Assembly: GCA_036845085.1 (NCBI GenBank)
Contig: DAIUEN010000031.1
Coordinates: 1-6,201, forward strand
Source of the DNA: Candidatus Nanopusillus sp.
GTDB lineage: Archaea > Nanobdellota > Nanobdellia > Nanobdellales > Nanobdellaceae
Direction: 5' to 3'
Length of the DNA stretch: 6,201 nucleotides
The position numbers were made by a program, and so were the translations under genes. This document shows, piece by piece, positions 1 to 4,852 of this stretch; the first letter of the stretch is position 1, and each line of letters starts with the position of its first letter. Below the pieces are notes generated by a model, which worked only from the letters and a program-made list of their open reading frames with translations, was not told where the DNA came from and made no database searches.

Positions 1-102
1 GCCTGGTGCTGGGGATATAATTCTTACGGTCAACTCGGCGACGGAACAAATGTTAGTAAAAATATTCCAGTTCAAGTCCGTAATTTTAACTATTTTAGAT
101 AA
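1..102 (+). CDS. RCC1-type (regulator of chromosome condensation / beta-propeller) repeat protein, C-terminal 33 codons only; the 5' end lies outside the window
   Basis: Frame 1 is open from nt 1 to TAA at 100-102 and reads AWCWGYNSYGQLGDGTNVSKNIPVQVRNFNYFR*. The pattern W-G-x-N-x-x-G-Q-L-G-x-G-...-P-V-x-V is the textbook RCC1 repeat signature. It is absent from the supplied ORF track because no start codon lies in the window. Confidence 0.75.
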   Translation, partial: AWCWGYNSYGQLGDGTNVSKNIPVQVRNFNYFR

Positions 103-106
103 CAAT

Positions 107-120
107 AAAACCAATATTTT
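107..120. terminator. Convergent oligo-T tracts in the 21-nt gap between the RCC1-repeat gene and the tRNA. TTTT at 117-120 is on the plus strand; TTTT is the complement of 107-110 on the minus strand.
   Basis: Archaeal RNA polymerase terminates at short oligo-T runs. One T4 run follows the RCC1 stop on the plus strand. One T4 run (GGTTTTATTG) lies 14 nt past the tRNA 3' end on the minus strand. Such runs are common by chance in DNA this AT-rich. Confidence 0.25.
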
Positions 121-123
121 GAA

Positions 124-196
124 TGGGCCCGGGGGGATTCGAACCCCCGACCTCCCGGTTATCAGCCGGACGCTCTAACCGCTGAGCTACGGGCCC
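124..196 (-). tRNA. tRNA-Ile (anticodon GAU), 73 nt, no intron, 3' CCA not encoded
   Basis: The reverse complement folds by eye into a canonical cloverleaf: GGGCCCG TA GCTC AGCGGTTA GAGC G TCCGG CTGATAA CCGGG AGGTC GGGGG TTCGAAT CCCCC CGGGCCC A.
- Acceptor stem: 7 bp, all G-C.
- D stem: 4 bp.
- Anticodon stem: 5 bp with one U-G pair.
- T stem: 5 bp, GGGGG/CCCCC, with T-loop TTCGAAT.
- Anticodon GAT lies at coordinates 163-161.
- Discriminator A is at 124. The following bases are TTC, so CCA must be added post-transcriptionally.
- Counted composition is 51/73 G+C. Confidence 0.97.
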
Positions 197-218
197 GAAA
201 GATATAAGTTAAATTAAG

Positions 219-226
219 TATTAAAA
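219..226 (-). promoter_or_regulatory. Candidate TATA box (TTTTAATA read on the minus strand) for tRNA-Ile
   Basis: It occupies -30 to -23 relative to tRNA nucleotide G+1 (coordinate 196), the canonical archaeal TATA-to-start distance. It is preceded on that strand by the A-rich AAACA. The spacer is almost pure A/T, so information content is low. Confidence 0.35.
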
Positions 227-228
227 TG

Positions 229-236
229 TTTATAAA
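229..236 (+). promoter_or_regulatory. Candidate TATA box TTTATAAA (a perfect palindrome) for the 258-2494 gene chain
   Basis: It occupies -29 to -22 relative to the A of the ATG at 258, which predicts a transcript starting at or within 1-2 nt of the start codon (leaderless mRNA). No Shine-Dalgarno-like G-rich motif lies upstream of the ATG. Read on the minus strand, the same octamer sits at -40 to -33 of the tRNA. Confidence 0.4.
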
Positions 237-257
237 GTTTAGTATAAGAGTTTTTTA

Positions 258-902
258 ATGGAACTTATAACTAAAACCTTAGAATTAGTATATATATATG
301 TTGGGAAAGAGGTTTTGTTATTTATATCAAAATTACCTAATTATTTATCTCTATTTATAGTTTTCATAGTTATAGTAGTTATAGGATATATTATTGCGAA
401 ATTTACTATATTTATACTGAGGCCAATATTATATATAATAAAAGTAGATGAAAAAACAGTTAAAATATATAAAAATTTATTTTTCGGTTATTCTACATCA
501 TCAATAATACTAAATTTGGTTAAATATTATATTCTTCTATATTTTGTAATAAAAGGAGCTTCTTTATTTAATTTAGATACATCTTATTATCACATTTTAT
601 TAAATAACTTTTATATTTTGATAATATCTATTATCCTAGGAATAGGTTTAGGTGGTTTAGTAGAGTATATTATATTAAAAGAAAACTCATCTGAAAAAAG
701 AAAGACTCTCTCTAAAATAGCTAGAGGATTATTTATTTATCTATTATTCTTATTTGGCTTATCATATGCAGGATTTAATTATGAAATATTTTTAGATTCT
801 TTAAAGTATTTTCTAGTCTCTATGGCAATATCTTTTGGAATCGTTATTGGTGTATTGTTAGGAATAGAGCATAAAGAAGATATATTAAAAATATTAAAAT
901 GA
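258..902 (+). CDS. Hypothetical polytopic membrane protein (about 5 predicted TM helices), with segments resembling the 'conserved TM helix' repeat found at the N-termini of MscS-like proteins
   Basis: This is a 214-aa ORF with hydrophobic stretches around residues 28-53, 80-98, 118-140, 154-173 and 184-203. Three segments follow the pattern of a hydrophobic helix ending in G-x-x-(I/V)-x-K/E, for example LPNYLSLFIVFIVIVVIGYIIAKF. Its stop TGA (900-902) overlaps the next gene's ATG in the sequence ATGA. Family assignment is by eye only. Confidence 0.7.
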   Translation: MELITKTLELVYIYVGKEVLLFISKLPNYLSLFIVFIVIVVIGYIIAKFTIFILRPILYIIKVDEKTVKIYKNLFFGYSTSSIILNLVKYYILLYFVIKGASLFNLDTSYYHILLNNFYILIISIILGIGLGGLVEYIILKENSSEKRKTLSKIARGLFIYLLFLFGLSYAGFNYEIFLDSLKYFLVSMAISFGIVIGVLLGIEHKEDILKILK

Positions 903-1345
903 TCTGTGAACTTTGTGGAAAAAAAACTGATAGGCTATATGATACAGTTGTAGAAGGTGCTAGATTAAGTGTTTGTGAAGAATGTAAGAAATTTGGAAAA
1001 GAATCTTATAGTATACCTAAAAAATTTAAGAAAATAGAAAGTGATAATGAAAAAACACAAGACATAATAGAAAATATTATTGATGAAAATTATAACAAAT
1101 ACTTAGTAGAATATAGAGAAAAAAATAAACTAAGACAAGAAGATATGGCTAAGTTATTAGGAATAAAGGAGAGTTTATATAAAGCTATAGAAAATAAAAA
1201 AGTAGTTCCAGATATAAATTTAGCAAAAAAAATAGAAAAATTATTAGGGATAAAGATAATAAATAGAGAAGTTTTATCTGAAAAGGGAGGAAGAGAAGAG
1301 TTAAAAGTAAAGGTGGCAGATATAATAAAATTTGAAGAAGAATGA
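899..1345 (+). CDS. mbf1: Archaeal multiprotein bridging factor 1 (MBF1): N-terminal Zn ribbon plus C-terminal Cro/C1-type helix-turn-helix
   Basis: The 148-aa protein starts MICELCG (CxxC at residues 3-6) and has a second CxxC at 26-29 (CEEC), forming the archaeal MBF1 zinc ribbon. Residues ~68-123 (LVEYREKNKLRQEDMAKLLGIKESLYKAIENKKVVPDINLAKKIEKLLGIKI) form a classic XRE/Cro HTH. Length and domain order match the archaeal MBF1 family. Confidence 0.9.
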   Translation: MICELCGKKTDRLYDTVVEGARLSVCEECKKFGKESYSIPKKFKKIESDNEKTQDIIENIIDENYNKYLVEYREKNKLRQEDMAKLLGIKESLYKAIENKKVVPDINLAKKIEKLLGIKIINREVLSEKGGREELKVKVADIIKFEEE

Positions 1346-1923
1346 ATGACTTTTATTACTATTTATATATTTTCTTGGAATCTTTTATATTTAATGCAAT
1401 CCCAGTATTAGGACCCTCTATTACTATATTAGCGTTACCAGCTCTTATAAAAATAGGTATTAGTATTTGGCATATTCTTTTAACATCTTTTATATTATCT
1501 CTAGGTACTGTAACCGGAAAATATATAATCTATTACATAGGTGTTTTATTAAGTAAACCATTGTCAAAAAATAAGAATGTTATATTTATAGAAAAAATAA
1601 GTAAAAAGAAAAGTTTCCCATTTATATTTATCATAATATCTTCCATACCATTATTGCCTCTAGACGACTTAATAATTATGTCTTTAGGTGCTAGTAAAGT
1701 AAGCGTGTATTTTATTTTTTTAATAATATTTATTTCTAGATTCATTAGATCTTCTGTAGAACTATTTATTGGAGTAAAAGCCTTAGAAAAAGTAACTTCT
1801 TTTATTGGTATTGATATGTTTTTATTATCTATTTATTCTTCTATAGCTTCTATAATATTTAGTATTCTTTTCTTTAAGATAGACTGGGGAAAATACTTTA
1901 ATAAATATGTAAAAAATGATTAA
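1342..1923 (+). CDS. Putative DedA / VTT-domain (SNARE-associated, TVP38-like) integral membrane protein
   Basis: This 193-aa hydrophobic protein shows DedA/VTT-like landmarks by eye:
- FLESFIFNAIPVLGPS near the N-terminus.
- A glycine-rich stretch GTVTGKYIIYYIG.
- SSIPLLPLDDLIIMSLGASKV (P-x-x-P-x-D ... G), followed by FISRFIR.
Its start overlaps the mbf1 stop (ATGA). The CDS call is firm; the family call is moderate. Confidence 0.6.
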   Translation: MNDFYYYLYIFLESFIFNAIPVLGPSITILALPALIKIGISIWHILLTSFILSLGTVTGKYIIYYIGVLLSKPLSKNKNVIFIEKISKKKSFPFIFIIISSIPLLPLDDLIIMSLGASKVSVYFIFLIIFISRFIRSSVELFIGVKALEKVTSFIGIDMFLLSIYSSIASIIFSILFFKIDWGKYFNKYVKND

Positions 1924-2494
1924 AGAAGAAGTTAGAGTTATTGGCATAGATGATGGATTTTTTAAAAAAGGCTATGATAAAGAGGTTATTATCGTTGGTG
2001 TTATATTTAGAGGATATAAACAAATAGATGGTGTTTTATCTAATAAAATAACTGTAGATGGCTTTGATGTATCGGAAAAAATAGTAGAGATGATAAAAAG
2101 ATCTACACATTATAATCAATTAAGATATATAATGACCAATGGGGTTTCTTTTGGTGGTTTTAACTTAATAGACTTTAAATATATATATGAAGAACTTAAA
2201 TTACCAATAATATCTGTTGTGAGGAAGAAACCAGACATAAAAAAGTTTTTAGAAGTTTCAAAAAAATTAGACAACTATGAAAAGAGAATAAAAATTATAG
2301 AAAATTATCCAGAAATAAAAAGTTGTAATACGAAGTTTGGTATTGCTTTTTTTCAATGTTATGGAATAGATCCTGATTATGCATGTAATCTAATAAAACT
2401 TCTTGCTAGATATTCAAGAATACCAGAACCAGTCAGAGTTGCACATTTAATTGCTATGGGTGTAACTTTAGGATATTCTCATGGCAAACCATAA
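1916..2494 (+). CDS. DUF99 / UPF0215 family protein (archaeal, endonuclease V-like fold, function not established)
   Basis: The 192-aa protein starts MIKEEVRVIGIDDGFF, followed by IIVGVIFRG...IDGVLSNKITVDGFDVSEKIVEMI ... IMTNGVSFGGFNLIDFKYIYEELKLPIISVVRKKPD. This matches the conserved blocks of the archaeal UPF0215 family (M. jannaschii MJ1150 type). It overlaps the upstream gene by 8 bp (ATGATTAA). Confidence 0.88.
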   Translation: MIKEEVRVIGIDDGFFKKGYDKEVIIVGVIFRGYKQIDGVLSNKITVDGFDVSEKIVEMIKRSTHYNQLRYIMTNGVSFGGFNLIDFKYIYEELKLPIISVVRKKPDIKKFLEVSKKLDNYEKRIKIIENYPEIKSCNTKFGIAFFQCYGIDPDYACNLIKLLARYSRIPEPVRVAHLIAMGVTLGYSHGKP

Positions 2495-2515
2495 AAATAT
2501 TTCAGAAATATTTAG
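2495..2515. repeat. Tandem repeat AAATATTTCAG / AAATATTTAG, two copies of the palindromic octamer AAATATTT 11 bp apart, filling the DUF99-secD spacer
   Basis: Read directly from the sequence: 2495-2502 and 2506-2513 are both AAATATTT. Each octamer is its own reverse complement. Confidence 0.6.
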
Positions 2516-2518
2516 ATA

Positions 2519-3994
2519 ATGGTGTCTATAAAATTATTGAAAAATTGGAGGGTACTAATATTCTTTATTATAGTAATTTCTTCTACTATATTTTTTATAT
2601 ACTCTTTCTTTTTTTCTAATAAAGTTAAGGTATTAAGTAGTAATGTTCTAAAACCAGGAGCTTATATATATTCGATAAATGATTGTTCTATAAAATCTGA
2701 AGAGCAATTTTATTTTTGTGTCTATAGAAATCTAAATTCTTCATATATGATTATTAAAACAAGTTCTGGCATTTTTTATTTGCAACCTTCAGATTATCAA
2801 TATTTATTGAATAATACTAGTATAATTAGAGAAGGTCTTGTGTCTTTTGGAATTGAAATTGGTGGTGGGTATAGAGTTTTAATGAACTCTACAGAACCAC
2901 TATCCCAACAATTATTAAGTGTTGCTGTTCAAGTTATACAAAATAGATTAGATTCATATGGTGTAAAGTCTATACAGTTATATAGTACAAAAGAAGGTTA
3001 TATCATTGTAGATTTACCATATGGAAACAAAGATTTGATAGATATTATATCTCAACAGGGAACGTTTTATGCTAAAGTAGGAGATACTACTGTCTTTAAT
3101 GGTTCCGAAGTAAAGCCGCTAATGGGTGGTCAATATTCTGGATTATTAGGATGTTCTCCATCTGCAGGTAAATATATTTGTCGCTATTACTTTACTTTAA
3201 TTCTTTCTCAAGAAGCTGCTGAAAGATTTGCAAAAGCTACAGAAAATCTCTCTGTAATATTTATTGGAGGTGGTTCTTATCTAAATGAATCTATAACATT
3301 CTATTTGGATAATAAAAATGTATCATCTTTATTAATATCTGCAAGTTTAAAAGGGAAACCAGAACAACAGGTAATGATAGAAGTATCTGGAATAGGAGAT
3401 ACATTATCTCAGGCTCAGCAGATGGCGTATAAAGAAGCTAAAAACCTATATATAATCCTGCAAAATGGACAATTACCATCCAAGTTTAATATAGTTGAAA
3501 TAACTCAAATTTCTCCAGCAATTGGATACTCAGTTCTTAAATATATATTAATAGCTGTTATAATTGCAATGTTTGCCCTAGTAGCAGTAATTTATTATTC
3601 TTACAGAAATATAAAAGCAGCGCTATTAATATTATTAGTTATAGTTTCCGAATTTATAATAACATCTTCTATAGGAGTTTTAATAAAACAAACATTTGAT
3701 CTAGCAGCAATATTGGGTATAATTCTAGGAGTATTTACCGGTTTAGATGATCAAATTGTAGCTTTAGACGAAATAGTAAAAAATAAAGGACATGACGAAT
3801 TAGAAAAGAAAATATCTAAAGTGATGTTTATAATACTTACAGCTATATTATTAGAATTCTTAGCTATATTTCCACTATTTATAGCTGGTTTGGGATTATA
3901 TAAAGGATTTGCAGTTATGGCTATTATAACTATTATGATTGGTTACTTTATTACTAGGCCTGCTTTTATAGAAATAGCAAGAAATATCCTATAA
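2519..3994 (+). CDS. secD: Protein-export membrane protein SecD (archaeal type): one N-terminal TM helix, a large extracytoplasmic domain and five C-terminal TM helices
   Basis: The 491-aa protein has these features:
- An N-terminal TM helix (residues ~12-32).
- FGIEIGGG (110-117), matching the LGLDLxGG block.
- QNRLDSYGV (141-149), matching the RVDxxGV block.
- C-terminal TM bundle with GLDDQIVALDEI (408-419), matching the G-x-x-VD-x-N-I/V-x-x-ER motif that carries the conserved Asp.
The total of 6 TM helices fits SecD alone rather than a SecDF fusion. Confidence 0.85.
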   Translation: MVSIKLLKNWRVLIFFIIVISSTIFFIYSFFFSNKVKVLSSNVLKPGAYIYSINDCSIKSEEQFYFCVYRNLNSSYMIIKTSSGIFYLQPSDYQYLLNNTSIIREGLVSFGIEIGGGYRVLMNSTEPLSQQLLSVAVQVIQNRLDSYGVKSIQLYSTKEGYIIVDLPYGNKDLIDIISQQGTFYAKVGDTTVFNGSEVKPLMGGQYSGLLGCSPSAGKYICRYYFTLILSQEAAERFAKATENLSVIFIGGGSYLNESITFYLDNKNVSSLLISASLKGKPEQQVMIEVSGIGDTLSQAQQMAYKEAKNLYIILQNGQLPSKFNIVEITQISPAIGYSVLKYILIAVIIAMFALVAVIYYSYRNIKAALLILLVIVSEFIITSSIGVLIKQTFDLAAILGIILGVFTGLDDQIVALDEIVKNKGHDELEKKISKVMFIILTAILLEFLAIFPLFIAGLGLYKGFAVMAIITIMIGYFITRPAFIEIARNIL

Positions 3995-4822
3995 TTTTTC
4001 ATAATATTCTTTCATCATAATAGCGTCTTTTTCAATATTTGGAGACTCTGATATAACAATACCTTTTACGTTAAATTCTTTTAATAGTTTTAGTATATCT
4101 TTCCAAGGTATATCTGATTCATCTAGATTTAAGTGTGTACCATGTTTATCTAATTTAATACCAGACATATGTATATGCATATTATTTAATATCTCTTTAT
4201 TAAATTCTTTTTCTAATTTTTCAAGAATACTTCTAAAAAATTCTATATCATTCCTTTTATGCCTATATCTTAAGTGAGCAAAGTCTATTGCTGGTAATAC
4301 ATGGTCTATTTCTTTAGACAAATTTATTATTTCGTCTATATCTCCAAATTTTTTTTCTTCTTCCATAGTTTCTGGTCTTATATATATGTCCAATGAATAT
4401 TCATCTAAAAGTTTTGACACCCTTTTTAACCCCTCTTTAATTTTATTATATGTAGCTTCTTTAGTACTGTTCATGTACCATCCTGGATGAAATACTACAG
4501 AAACTCCTCCAGCATAATATGTTATCCTTGCGCTGTTGAATAACATTTGAATAGATCTTTCAATTTTTTCTTTTTCTTTAGCATTTAGATTTATATAATA
4601 TGGAGCGTGAGCTGTTAAAATTATATCATTTTTTTCAACATATTCTTTTATTTCTTTTGCTTCTTCGATTTTTAATTTTACTCCATACACAAATTCCATT
4701 TCAAATCCATCTAACTTTAGCTCTTCATAAGAATATTTTATACCTTCTATAGTACTTTTATTTTTTGCAGAAAGTGGTATACCTGCAGGACCAAACACTA
4801 ATTTTTTTGGAAATTTAACCAT
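3989..4822 (-). CDS. nfo: Endonuclease IV-like AP endonuclease (AP endonuclease family 2, xylose-isomerase-like TIM barrel)
   Basis: The 277-aa protein carries the blocks TAHAPYYINL, VVFHPG, IRPETM, AIDFAHL, MHIHMS, LDKHGTH and VISESP. By eye, H72, H112, E151, D180, H183, H216/H218, D225-x-H227 and E259 parallel the spacing of the nine metal ligands of E. coli Nfo. Confidence 0.82.
   Translation of the reverse strand: MVKFPKKLVFGPAGIPLSAKNKSTIEGIKYSYEELKLDGFEMEFVYGVKLKIEEAKEIKEYVEKNDIILTAHAPYYINLNAKEKEKIERSIQMLFNSARITYYAGGVSVVFHPGWYMNSTKEATYNKIKEGLKRVSKLLDEYSLDIYIRPETMEEEKKFGDIDEIINLSKEIDHVLPAIDFAHLRYRHKRNDIEFFRSILEKLEKEFNKEILNNMHIHMSGIKLDKHGTHLNLDESDIPWKDILKLLKEFNVKGIVISESPNIEKDAIMMKEYYEKL
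3995..3999 (+). terminator. T5 tract immediately after the secD stop codon (candidate archaeal oligo-T terminator, lying inside the convergent gene)
   Basis: The sequence TAATTTTTC follows directly on the secD stop. Oligo-T is the established archaeal termination signal. Here it also encodes the C-terminal Glu-Lys of the minus-strand gene. Confidence 0.3.
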
Positions 4823-4844
4823 ATTAATAATTTAGTTTTAATCA

Positions 4845-4852
4845 AAATTAAA
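4845..4852 (-). promoter_or_regulatory. Candidate TATA-like element (TTTAATTT on the minus strand, preceded by AGAAAAA) for the endonuclease IV-like gene, overlapping the trmI stop codon
   Basis: It occupies -30 to -23 relative to the A of the ATG at 4822, the same geometry as at 229-236/258. The trmI stop (4848-4850) lies inside it. Information content is low in this AT-rich background, and read-through from trmI is equally possible. Confidence 0.3.

Noticed and set aside
124-170. The tRNA-Ile 3' half as an attachment site of an integrated element within this window.
   Set aside because: No second copy or partial direct repeat of the tRNA 3' half (for example GGGCCCGGGGGGATTCGAA) occurs anywhere else in the 6.2 kb. 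No integrase is present either. Only an element extending upstream, out of the window, remains possible; that case is covered in the RCC1 finding.
226-258. A 10-codon upstream mini-ORF (MFIKFSIRVF) whose TAA overlaps the ATG of ORF 258 in the sequence TAATG.
   Set aside because: Its ATG lies upstream of, and its body spans, the predicted TATA box. It would therefore not be transcribed if the promoter model is right. Such short ORFs arise readily by chance in A/T-only sequence.
289-299. A short (TA)5 microsatellite inside ORF 258.
   Set aside because: It encodes Tyr-Ile-Tyr within a hydrophobic N-terminal segment. It is too short and too typical of the background composition to be meaningful.
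919-926. Homopolymer runs, considered as possible slippage or phase-variation sites: A8 at 919-926 in mbf1, another A8 near 1225, and T8 at 4349-4356 in the nfo-like gene.
   Set aside because: These runs are Lys-Lys (AAA AAA) codon pairs. They are expected at high frequency in a genome this AT-rich. All reading frames are intact, and there is no evidence of frameshifted alternatives.
1533-1745. A 70-aa ORF on the minus strand, from the supplied track.
   Set aside because: It lies entirely antisense inside the DedA/VTT-like gene. Its sequence is low-complexity and rich in Ile, Asn and Lys, as expected from reading an AT-rich gene backwards. It has no recognisable motif and no promoter or spacer of its own.
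4012-4018. A perfect C-box-like heptamer ATGATGA on the minus strand, a possible C/D box sRNA. A similar TGATGA occurs near 1080 on the plus strand and near 497-503 on the minus strand.
   Set aside because: No D box (CTGA) or C'/D' pair lies at the expected 50-70 nt distance on the same strand. There is no terminal stem and no G+C enrichment. The motif here simply encodes Met-Met-Lys of the endonuclease IV-like protein.
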